Part shown: positions 19,971-28,783 of the stretch, one piece after another
Numbering within the stretch: position 1 is the first letter of the stretch
How the letters are laid out: every line of letters begins with the position of its first letter
Assembly: GCA_963734495.1 (NCBI GenBank)
Contig: CAVTHK010000009.1
Span: 352,001 to 416,000, forward strand
DNA from: an uncultured Spirochaetota bacterium
GTDB taxonomy: Bacteria; Spirochaetota; Spirochaetia; SZUA-6; CAVTHK01
DNA: 64,000 nt
Direction of reading: 5' to 3'
Notes under the pieces: model-generated
The model's input: the letters and a program-made list of their open reading frames with translations, nothing else
Told to the model about the DNA's origin: nothing
Database searches by the model: none
Made by a program: the position numbers and the translations under genes

Positions 19971-21456
19971 TCAGGTGACCAGCGTCAGGGCGGCGAGCCC
20001 GACGAACACGACGGCGAGAGCGAGCTTCACGGTCCCGATGTGCGCCTGCGCGGCCCGCGTGAGCGTCCGCGAGCTCACGCCGCGCCAGGCGAGGACGAAC
20101 ACGACGGCAAGCGGCAGCACGAAGGCCACGTTGTAGATCGCGAGCAGCAGGTAGGCGGCGAGCCCGCCTTCGGTGCGCACCAGCCAGGCCACTGCGGGGA
20201 AGTAGACCTGGCCCGTGCAGGCCAGCTCGAACAGCGACACCACGGCGCCGAGGACGAGCGAGCCCCCGACGATCGCGCCCGAGCGCGCGTTGTCGAGGAT
20301 CGTGCGCTGCATCCTGCGCTTGATCGGCTCGGGCAGTCGCAGCGCCATCTCGGCCGCGCGGCCGCTGCGCGCGAGCGCGAAGTCGCGCAGGCTCAGGGCC
20401 GCGAGCGCGAGCAGCACGGCGACCAGTACCCACCGCAGGGCGACCGCGACTCTCGGGAACGACGCCGCGGCGCGCAGCGAATGGAACAGGCCGAGGCCCA
20501 CGGCAAAGTACGCGGCGAAGACGGCAAAGGTGAAGGCCGACCCCGCGAGCAGGATCTCCGCGCGGCGGCGGCCCGCGAGCACGAGCGAGGTGAGCAGGAA
20601 GATGATGGTCGTAAAGGCGCACGGGTTCACGCCGTCGACCAGGCCCGCGGCGAACAGCGCCGCCGGCGCGAGCCGCCGCGCGATCCCCGGCAGCCGGGGC
20701 AGGGGCGGGGGCGACGGCGCCCGCCGCCGCGCCGCCGCGCGCGGCCAGCGCCGCCTCCATCCCGCTTTCGATCTCCGCCTCGCCCGAGAGCACGCGGCCG
20801 CCGACGATTGCGGCGGGCAGGGCCGGCGGGCCGGACGAGCCCGCCGCGGCCGAGAGCTCCTCGAAGACCGCGGGCTCCAGCACGTTCCTGCGGGCGATGG
20901 CGACCGGCCCGCCGGGCCGGCCCGAGAGGCGCGCCTCGAGCCGCGCGATCATCCGCTCGCAGCTGCGGCATCCCGGGGCGTAGTAGAGGAGGACCGCGCC
21001 GCCCGCCCCGGCGTCGGAGAGGCCGGCGTTGGGCGAAGGCGGGGCGGCCGGGGCGGGCTGCGGGCTCGCAGGCGGGTTCACCATGCCCGTGACCCGGTAG
21101 AGCCAGCTCGTCCCGCCGCCCGGCGCGGGCGAGGACGGCGCCGAGCGCACCACGAAGTAGACGTCGACCTTGCCGGGCTCTTCGGGCGTGTAGCGAAGCT
21201 CGACCGCCTCCTCGGCCCCGGCCGCGAGCTCGAAGCGCGACGGGACCGCCTCCAGGCAGCCGCAGGTGCTCACGAGCGAGACGGCGATCGTCGTGCTCTC
21301 CGGGTTGGCCGCCCTGATGATGCGCGTGACCATGCCGCCGATCTCGATCCGGCCGAGGTTCCAGTCGGCCGGCGTGAGCGTCGCCTGGGCCGCGGACGGC
21401 CGGGCCGCGAGCAGGGCGAGAGCCGCGGCTGCGATCGTTACGACGGGGGAGCGCAT
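19971..21456 (-). CDS. Exported Ig-like/thioredoxin-like protein fused to a CcdA/DsbD-type membrane domain; frameshift near 20690
   Basis: Signal peptide, STCGC, PGCRSC, then VDGVNPCAF and ELACTGQVY in TM domain. Confidence 0.75.
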
Positions 21457-21462
21457 GAGGCT

Positions 21463-22074
21463 TCAGTTCAGCGAGGGCTTGAAGCCGGTCTCGGCCACGA
21501 TCTTGTGGATGCCGCCCAGCTCGCCGAGCGCCTCTTTCCATCCTTCCTCGGGGTTGGGGTGGAAGATGTGCTTGGCCGCCGCGGGCCGCACCACCCAGGA
21601 GTTGCGCTCGAGCTCCGACTCGAGCTGGCCCGGCGCCCATCCCGAGTAGCCGGCGTAGAGCCGTATCGGAGGACGGGAGCGCTCCTCGAGAGCGGACCAC
21701 GTGTCCACGAGGAAGCCGGTCAGCGAAGAGACCAGCGGCTCGAAGAGCACGTTCTCCACGGGCGCGGAGGCATGCGGGCTGCGCACGTCCTCGGGCAGTC
21801 CCGAGTGCAGGCAGAAGAGGAACTGCGGCTGGACCGGGCCGCCGTAGAACAGAGGCACGCTCGCGGCCGCCGTCGAGGCGAGATCGGGCACGGCTTCGCC
21901 GAGAGTCACGGGCAGCTTCCGGTTGACCACGAGCCCGAAGGCGCCGTCGGCGTTGTGATTGATGATCAGCACCACGGTCCTGTGGAAGTTGGGGTCCGCC
22001 AGATCAGCTTCGGAGATCAGGAAGTGGCCTTCGAGCCACCTCGGGCTTTTGTCGCCCGCTTCCTTGCGAGCCAT
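21463..22074 (-). CDS. YqgE/AlgH family protein
   Basis: DPNFHRTVVL, GAFGLVVNR, YGGPV, AGYSGWAPGQLESE, PSLN C-terminus. Confidence 0.93.
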   Translation of the reverse strand: MARKEAGDKSPRWLEGHFLISEADLADPNFHRTVVLIINHNADGAFGLVVNRKLPVTLGEAVPDLASTAAASVPLFYGGPVQPQFLFCLHSGLPEDVRSPHASAPVENVLFEPLVSSLTGFLVDTWSALEERSRPPIRLYAGYSGWAPGQLESELERNSWVVRPAAAKHIFHPNPEEGWKEALGELGGIHKIVAETGFKPSLN

Positions 22075-22259
22075 GGGTCCAGTGTATTGAGGCCGCGAAC
22101 GAGGGGCAAGCGGGGCGGCCGCGAACGGGCTCGGGGTCGCGTGCCTCGGGGTTCCGTCCTCGGCGCCGCCTTTCGCCGACCGCGATCGGCTTCGCACGCC
22201 CCGCCTCGGACTCTCAGACTGCGGCCGTTCACCTGGGTGAGACCGGGCACAGCCACCAC

Positions 22260-23858
22260 TCACAACACATCATCCTTGCCGCGGAACGCCTTTCTTGCGA
22301 AGCCCAAGAGGCGGCCGATTATCCCCTTCTTCCGATACAGAGCCGCGTAGTACGCCAGCCTGTTGGCTTCCTCCGCTCTACGGCCGGCCTCGATCTGTTG
22401 CGGTGACCATTTGAGCGACCACACGACCGCTCCTCGACGAATGAGGTAGTGTGACTTGCACGCCAGCTGCCAGTTGCCTATGGACGGCCGCACTGTAGGC
22501 CCCTCAACCGTTTCCTCAATAGACCATTCTGTCGGCCCCATAGGCGTCTTGACCTTGCATCCGCATCCGCAGGGACAAAGATGCATGGCGATGTCGAACT
22601 CCTCGGCGACGTACAGTACCCTGGGTTCGAGCACCGCCGGCATGTATTGGACGCGCTGCAAACGGAATCTGATCGGATCTTGAGGGGAGCCGACGGTCCT
22701 CATGTCGCCGATGTCGAACAGGACGTTGAAATACGGGACCTCCTCCAGGTAGAACCCGCGTGCCTGCTTGAACCTCATCACCGCTAGGCAAGCGTTGAGC
22801 GCGTTGAGCTCGCTGATTTGAATATTGCTTCGATATAGGTCGTCTGGGCTGTCGGAGAGCTCCGCGAGTTTCATGTCTCTCACGTTTCGACCGTCCGGCG
22901 ATGAATAGTATGTGGTCCGCAACATACCAGCGAGAGCCGCGCCCTGGCGCCTCAGACCCATTCCGACGTCTACAAAGGGTATTCCCTGCGAAAGCAGCAA
23001 GTCGAACACGGCGGCCCTCGAGGAGCCCTTGTCCACGCACACGAACGCGAACGTTACACCTGCGACATCCTCAGCGGAGGAGGCATCGATCAACCGCGGC
23101 ACAGCAATCAACCCGTTTCGGAAGTTGTCGTAGCGACGTCGGTAGACCTCCGCCTTCGGTTTGCCAAGTTCCCTTGCATCAAGCCTTCCGGGCGAGCGAA
23201 AGGCGTTGTGAACGTGATAGGCATCCAGATCGAATACGCGTATTTCTCGCACCGGCGTCTTCACGAGGAAGTCCAGAACATAAGAGCCCGTACCGCCGAG
23301 TCCGATCACTGCGATCACGTCGTCTTTGAAGAGCGCCGACAGATCCGATATTCCTGCTCTGCTGGTGAGAGTGTCCTGGAACTTGAACACGGAATCCGCT
23401 GCATGGTCGCCGAACGCTCGGTACGTGTAGGGAGTCGCGGCATACCGTTCCATCGCTGGGCCACAGATGATTGCGACGTAGCTTTCTATCTTCTCAAAGA
23501 AGTCCGCGAACTTCCCTTCGGTCCTCGGCTTGTTGGAGAACGATCTCTGGACCACAACGTCGGCGCTTGCGCCGCTCATGGGAAGTTGAGTGGCACCGCC
23601 CCCGAGGTTCGGGATGGGCTTGCCGTCGAGGCCGAAGGGAACCGATCCCGCGAAGTAAACTTGATGGTCGTCCTGGGCAACGTGCACTTGGTCTACGAAA
23701 ACGAGTTTCGCGACAAGCGCCCCGGTCTGCAGCTCGCCCTTTTCGTTCAGGTACGGGATGTCACGAACGACAAGGTATCCGGCGTCGATCGACACCGCAT
23801 ACCCCTTCTCCACCATGCGCCTAATGTCATCGTTATGACTGACCAGTCGCTGAAACAC
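22260..23858 (-). CDS. E2-like (DUF6791-type) domain + ThiF/E1 adenylation domain + DUF6527-like C-terminal domain
   Basis: Probable GTG start 23858 (MFQRLVSHNDDIRR); GLGGTGS, DLDAYHVHNAFRSPG, CVD, DVGMG; C-terminal HLCPCGCG...PSIGNW..CKSHY. Confidence 0.8.
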   Translation of the reverse strand: MFQRLVSHNDDIRRMVEKGYAVSIDAGYLVVRDIPYLNEKGELQTGALVAKLVFVDQVHVAQDDHQVYFAGSVPFGLDGKPIPNLGGGATQLPMSGASADVVVQRSFSNKPRTEGKFADFFEKIESYVAIICGPAMERYAATPYTYRAFGDHAADSVFKFQDTLTSRAGISDLSALFKDDVIAVIGLGGTGSYVLDFLVKTPVREIRVFDLDAYHVHNAFRSPGRLDARELGKPKAEVYRRRYDNFRNGLIAVPRLIDASSAEDVAGVTFAFVCVDKGSSRAAVFDLLLSQGIPFVDVGMGLRRQGAALAGMLRTTYYSSPDGRNVRDMKLAELSDSPDDLYRSNIQISELNALNACLAVMRFKQARGFYLEEVPYFNVLFDIGDMRTVGSPQDPIRFRLQRVQYMPAVLEPRVLYVAEEFDIAMHLCPCGCGCKVKTPMGPTEWSIEETVEGPTVRPSIGNWQLACKSHYLIRRGAVVWSLKWSPQQIEAGRRAEEANRLAYYAALYRKKGIIGRLLGFARKAFRGKDDVL

Positions 23859-24090
23859 TGAACACCATTCCATCCTTGACCCTGACCGATCCATCCGGAG
23901 GGAGGATCCCTTCAGGCCTGTGCCCATGGCCCTTTTTGTACTTCACTGAGTAGGTGATCTCGGGGTGTTGCGCGTAGTCTGGCACGTCAAGGGTCAGTAC
24001 CTCGGCGTAGGTGATTTCGCCCTTCGTCCACTCGTGCGGAGTCCCATTGACGATGATCGTTATTGCTTTGATCACATGAACCATTTGCAT
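23833..24090 (-). CDS. Multi-ubiquitin-domain (beta-grasp) ubiquitin-like protein
   Basis: TIIVNGTPHEW..EITYAEV..TYSVKY..G.L..SVRVKDGMVFSVSATGQS; overlaps the start of the E1 gene. Confidence 0.8.
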   Translation of the reverse strand: MQMVHVIKAITIIVNGTPHEWTKGEITYAEVLTLDVPDYAQHPEITYSVKYKKGHGHRPEGILPPDGSVRVKDGMVFSVSATGQS

Positions 24091-24109
24091 TCCCCCTTCT
24101 CTCGTAGCG

Positions 24110-24352
24110 CTACCGCTTGTCTCGCGGCGGAAACGGGTCGTTGCCTGGGGCTACGGTGTTCTTGTCCCTGAACCGACCGTCACGCCCCTGGATGGTGAGC
24201 TCGCCTCCGCCGGCGGTCTTCAGATTCTCGCGAGCGGCTCGAATAGCCGCACCCTGCGTCGGGTAGATGCGCTCGGCCCTCTCCGCGCCCACGCGTGCGT
24301 TCGCCCATCCCGTTCCCGACTTGTACACCAGTCGATCCTGCGGTTTGCTCAT
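24110..24352 (-). CDS. DUF2188 domain protein
   Basis: W.N..VGAERA..YPTQGAAI.AAR...GGELTIQGRDGRFRDKNT..GNDPFPP; RBS GGAGG. Confidence 0.85.
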   Translation of the reverse strand: MSKPQDRLVYKSGTGWANARVGAERAERIYPTQGAAIRAARENLKTAGGGELTIQGRDGRFRDKNTVAPGNDPFPPRDKR

Positions 24353-24399
24353 CCCGCCTCCTTTCAGGCCGTTGCCTGCGGAATCTCCAGCATGGGACC

Positions 24400-24428
24400 A
24401 ATATATAGCTGTTAGGTAATAGAGTCAA
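24400..24428 (-). promoter_or_regulatory. Near-consensus sigma70 promoter for the DUF2188-Ubl-E1 operon
   Basis: Minus strand TTGACT-17 nt-TATATT. Confidence 0.7.
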
Positions 24429-24447
24429 GAAACAAATCGTTTACTAT

Positions 24448-24489
24448 TTGTATTTCTCTATTGCACAATACAAGCTGGTGTAGTACGTT
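24448..24489 (+). promoter_or_regulatory. Promoter of the XRE-IrrE gene with overlapping inverted repeat (candidate operator)
   Basis: TTGCAC(24461)-17 nt-TACGTT; TTGTATT-N12-AATACAA spans the -35 box. Confidence 0.5.
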
Positions 24490-24532
24490 ATATCCATAGA
24501 GCGCAAGAATCATTCAGGGAGGGAGAGCACCA

Positions 24533-25665
24533 ATGGCCGCAACCGACATTGGCAATAACACTCGGCGCCATATGAAGATACGTGGCTTTACTGTCCCTGC
24601 GTTGGCGAAGAAGTCTGGCATCGGCACCGCGACTCTGTCGAACATCCTGAACGGCAAATCGGAACCCAAGTCCTCTACCCTCATCGGTATAGCAGCGGCA
24701 CTTAGTGTGCCCGTCGTGGAGCTGGTCGCCGACTCGCCTGTCCTCAAGTCACTTCGCTTCAGAACTGCGAAGACTCTGAGCGGTAGGGAGAAAGCGGAAC
24801 GAGAACAACTCAAGCATGACACCGCGCTATGGTTGGCCAACTACAGCTTCCTGAGAGGCAATTGGGCGTGTATCAGGAATTCCGCCTCGGTGAAATCGGC
24901 GGAAAGGACCCAGAGCAGGCGGCAATCTCCGTCAGGCAAGCGCTGGACGTTCGGTCACCGGCAATTGCTGATCTCCCGCAACTAATGGAACAAGCCGGCA
25001 TCAAACTGAGAATCCGGAGGTTTGGCTTCAGGAAGACCTTCGGCATATCGGTGGGCGAGAACGATGGCGGACCCGCAATCGTGGTGAACTCGGAGCAAGG
25101 GATTCCGGTCGAACGGCAGCTGTTCAGCGTCGCGCATGAGCTCGGCCACCTTGTTCTTCACAAGAGCTCTTACGACCAGAGCAAGGTCGATGAGAACGAT
25201 GAAGAAGAGCGTGCAGCGAACCTCTTTGCGGGCCAGTTCTTGATACCCGACGAAGGCCTAGACAAATCGTGGGAGGATTCCAGAGGACTCCACTGGGTGG
25301 ACAGCGTCCTGGTCATAAAGAAGCATTTCAAAGTGAGCTACATGACCGTGCTCGTACGGCTCGCCCAGCGCTTGGCGAGGCCGGACCTTGACCTGGGAAC
25401 CCTGATCGCTCGATTCAGAATGGAATATGCGGATCGCCACGGCCATCAGCTGAAGGGCCACTACGAACCGGATCCCATTACCGGTCCAGTCGCGGATGAT
25501 GATCCCAGACACCTCGACGAGACCGATTTCGTAGAGGACCGGTTTGCCAGGCTCGTGCGGCAGGCGTTCGAGAAGGAGATCATTTCAATTGGACGAGCCG
25601 GCGAAATGCTGGGACACTCACTCGAAGAGATGCGCGCCTTGGCAAGGGCTTGGCAGGAGGTATAG
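24533..25665 (+). CDS. XRE HTH fused to ImmA/IrrE (M78) zinc metallopeptidase; frameshift near 24850
   Basis: LAKKSGIGTATLSNILNGKSEP; FSVAHELGHL, EERAANLFAG; LANYSFL continues as RQLGVYQEF in the next frame. Confidence 0.88.
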
Positions 25666-25670
25666 CTGCT

Positions 25671-25780
25671 TTGTCTGCCATCGCGCGAAAGGCGGCGATA
25701 TGCGACGCAAATGTGCTCATCGATTTCGTCAAGGCGGACGAAGGTATCTTGGCGATGCTCGCCGGCTATTCCGAGATACT
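25671..25780 (+). CDS. PIN-domain protein N-terminus, truncated at the junction
   Basis: RBS AGGAGG, TTG start, ICDANVLIDF PIN-type motif directly after the XRE-M78 gene. Confidence 0.65.
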
Positions 25781-26812
25781 ACCATCTACCTGGGTAAATT
25801 GGCCGCCTGCAACTAAGTTGTTGCCATTCAACGCCAAAGACAGGACCACTCCATTTGTGCCGCCCATACTTGACCAGGAAACGCCATCCCAACGGGCAAT
25901 ATAGCTGTCAGGGTTCGTAAAAGAGCCACCTGCAAATACCTCTGTGCCACTGACCGCCAGGGCAAGGACGACTTCGCTGCCGCCGATACCCAACCCACCC
26001 CCCAATGCAGACCAGGAAGATCCGGTCCATTTGGCTATGTTCTGCGCGAACACGCTGCCGGCATGATCAAACGTACCGGCAACAAAAAGATTACCACTGC
26101 CGTCCATGGCAAGCGCCTGTACCACGCCGACGAATTTTCCACTGCTTGACAGGCCTGGAGTACCGCCAACCAATGACCAGGTTTGGGCAACCAAATCCCA
26201 GCGGCCCAGGCTCCAGGCACTCTGACCATTCAGATCGTTGAAGCTGCCGCCGACATAAACCGACGTTCCACTGACCAGGATGGCGTAAACTTGCCCAAGG
26301 GCACCGCCTCCGAGGGCATACCACAGATGGGTAATCATGCTCCAGCGAGCGATATTATTTGCGGCGACACCGCCAGCCTGGCTGAACGATCCGCCGACAT
26401 AAATATCGCTGCCACTCACTGCCATGGCATAAACCTGGCTGGCAGCCCCACCATTGGTCACGCCATTGAGAAATCGTTTATCCCAATATTGATCCCCGAC
26501 CTGCTGAGGCGCCAGCGGAGCGGTAAGCATGGCGTCGGGGGAAGGTTCAAAACGCGGACTACCATCCGCGCCTGTATGCATCAACCAACCGCTGGCGTTA
26601 AAACTTCCTTGGGTGCCCATTTTTAATGAACCATCCGGGTTTAGTACGCCTGCAATAGTCGTTACAGGTGTTGCGGGGTTTCCATTTTGCCAATTTGCTG
26701 AGCTTTTTTGGAAAAGAAAAGATTGGACGGGATTGCCTGAAACAGGCTGGGTTAATGAAAAAAATAAGCTAATTACCATAACAATATTGAAGCGGAGGGT
26801 AGGATTCTTCAT
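25766..26812 (-). CDS. Secreted beta-propeller repeat protein, probably truncated at its C-terminus by the junction
   Basis: Signal peptide, repeats V.ALAVSG..YVGGSF..AG...NIARW.G..WSALG; ends mid-repeat. Confidence 0.75.
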   Translation of the reverse strand: MKNPTLRFNIVMVISLFFSLTQPVSGNPVQSFLFQKSSANWQNGNPATPVTTIAGVLNPDGSLKMGTQGSFNASGWLMHTGADGSPRFEPSPDAMLTAPLAPQQVGDQYWDKRFLNGVTNGGAASQVYAMAVSGSDIYVGGSFSQAGGVAANNIARWSMITHLWYALGGGALGQVYAILVSGTSVYVGGSFNDLNGQSAWSLGRWDLVAQTWSLVGGTPGLSSSGKFVGVVQALAMDGSGNLFVAGTFDHAGSVFAQNIAKWTGSSWSALGGGLGIGGSEVVLALAVSGTEVFAGGSFTNPDSYIARWDGVSWSSMGGTNGVVLSLALNGNNLVAGGQFTQVDGSISE

Positions 26813-26915
26813 GTGTGATTCCCCTTTGGCAAAGATATCGATGCATGCAATATTACTATTTTAAACATAAAAAATATCAATTTTATTCCATTTTTCTCCA
26901 ATTGATTTTAAATAA

Positions 26916-26967
26916 AAACCTTGTCCAGAATGACTTCTAAAAATAATGCCATCCCTGGACAAGGTTT
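26916..26967 (-). terminator. Inverted repeat, probable terminator after the VOC gene
   Basis: AAACCTTGTCCAG ... CTGGACAAGGTTT with a T-run on the minus strand. Confidence 0.5.
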
Positions 26968-27066
26968 GTCGTAACCAGTCATATGAAATCTTTAAGTGAT
27001 CGGTTTTAGCCGCTGTTGATCTCTTAAAAGATCATTTCACCAGATAATTGTATTTTGGGAAGACGA

Positions 27067-27525
27067 TTAAAAATTCTCGAGTAATTCCAAAACCAAGTTC
27101 AATTTTTGGCTGGCGTCCATATAGGTATACATTCCACCGGTGTACTGACCTTGCTGGACCATGGGAATGCCTTTCGACTCCAGAACCTGAACCACTTTGC
27201 CGGTATCTTTTATCTGGAAAGCAATATGGTGAAATCCATCCCCATGATTGATCAACGCTTCTTTCCAGGTACTTGGCTCGCCAATCGGTTCAATCAGCTC
27301 CAGATCTACCTGACCGAGGTGAAAAAATGCCAGTTTTGCGCGGGCATAACTGGGTTGTCCGCAGGTACTCGGTCTTGGCGGCCTCATATTCATCTGTAAT
27401 GATGACTTCGGGTCGCGGTAGTCCGAATACTTCGCAGTAGGCATCGATCGATTTTTCGATATCTTTTACAACCAGGCCAATCTGGGTCACGATGTTTGTC
27501 CCAATCCTATCGGCTGTTCAGACAT
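27067..27525 (-). CDS. VOC family protein (methylmalonyl-CoA epimerase/glyoxalase-like); frameshifted
   Basis: TQIGLVVKDIE, LELIEP, GDGFHHIAF across frames. Confidence 0.8.
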
Positions 27526-27554
27526 AGCTAAATCTCCTTTATTCTTACATGATC

Positions 27555-27604
27555 TTGGTGTGTTTTTTTTGTTTTTGCTTCGCAAAAACAAAAAAACACA
27601 CCAA
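27555..27604. repeat. Near-perfect ~23-bp AT-rich inverted repeat
   Basis: TTGGTGTGTTTTTTTTGTTTTTGC-TTC-GCAAAAACAAAAAAACACACCAA. Confidence 0.85.
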
Positions 27605-27654
27605 TTCGTTTTGCGTGGCCTACGTAAGTGCGGACGGCTTTTCTTGTTTTCCGA

Positions 27655-28248
27655 TCAATCGCGATTTACCCAACGGTCCAGGTTTTCAGGAAAATCATAG
27701 CTGCACAGGCGCTCTAAAAGTGATTCCGCGTTCTGGTCATGGATGAATAACATTTTATGTTCGGCGTAGATAAAGCCTTCTTCATGCGCGCGTTGAATCA
27801 TCGCCAGGAGGGGATCGAAGTAATTGCGCACATTCAGCAGGCCCACCGGTTTGTGGTGAAGGCCAATTTGGGCCCAGGTCAAGCGTCTCAAATAATTCGT
27901 CGAATGTGCCATATCCTCCCGGCAGGGCGATAAATGCATCCGCCATGGCAGACATGCGCGCCTTACGGATCTGGATATCCGGTACGATTTCCAGCGAGGT
28001 CAATCCCGCATGGATCAGCTGAGGTGTATTGAGGTTTTCAGAGACAATTCCGATCACCTGACCACCTGACTCCAGGACACCATCGGCGAGGGCGCCCATT
28101 AAGCCTGTTTTTCCCGCTCCGTAGACCAGATTGAATACCGGCATGGGCAAGCAAGGCGCCCATTTCATAGGCGGCCTTATGATAATCCGGGTGAAGATGG
28201 TCGGCTGAACCACAGTACACGCAGATCGATATGAATAGATGTGCTCAT
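27655..28248 (-). CDS. LOG family (TIGR00730) nucleotide phosphoribohydrolase; frameshifted
   Basis: VYCGSA, LVYGAGKTGLMG, RKARM, ALPGGYGTFDE, TWAQIGLH.KP. Confidence 0.88.
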
Positions 28249-28250
28249 CC

Positions 28251-28783
28251 TTATTTATAAAGCTCCGGATTTTTAAAAGGTACCAATGCCAGAATTACCG
28301 CCATTTCATAAAACTGCGCGCGATCGACGACGTCGCCGGTCAGGAGGCCAATCGCACCGTTTTCCTGTTTGGAGTTCGAGCGGTTGAAAACGATATCATC
28401 CGCCGCACCGAGCTCATGCCCTCGACGCACCAATTGGGCGACCCGGGGGGAAGAAAAAATGTCCCGGTTCGTCCTTTGCCAATCTGGTCTTCTGGATTGG
28501 ATCACTACCCAGGCGAACGCTGCCAGTTCAGCCTGGCTTTCTTCAATGCCACCTTCGATCCCGACCCAGAAATCTGCATCTGGTACGGCTCGAGCTGCAT
28601 TTGAGGCCCGGTTGCCGGCGCCGAGCAGGGTTTCATCGGAAGAGAAAGGCTGGTCCGGTACTTCAGATGGAACACTGATCAGTCTGGATTTGAAAGCTGT
28701 TCGACCGGATACATGCGCTGGAAACCAGCAAGCGCGGCCTGAGATTTGACTGGATTACGGGAGGCGATAACAATTTTCTTCAT
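28251..28783 (-). CDS. yjjX: Inosine/xanthosine triphosphatase; frameshifted
   Basis: MKKIVIASRNPVK start, VPDQP, WVGIEGG, NSKQENGAIGLLT..VDR. Confidence 0.8.

Noticed and set aside
22075-22262. tRNA, tmRNA or 6S RNA as island integration site
   Set aside because: No cloverleaf, TTCGA arm with CCA end, or other recognisable signature found by eye
24840-24870. Programmed frameshift separating the XRE and peptidase domains
   Set aside because: No slippery heptamer seen, and similar single indels break JAB, cbpA and tyrS in the same segment, so sequencing error is more likely
25650-25904. 84-aa ORF as a complete protein
   Set aside because: Chimeric: PIN N-terminus joined to the antisense strand of the propeller gene across the junction
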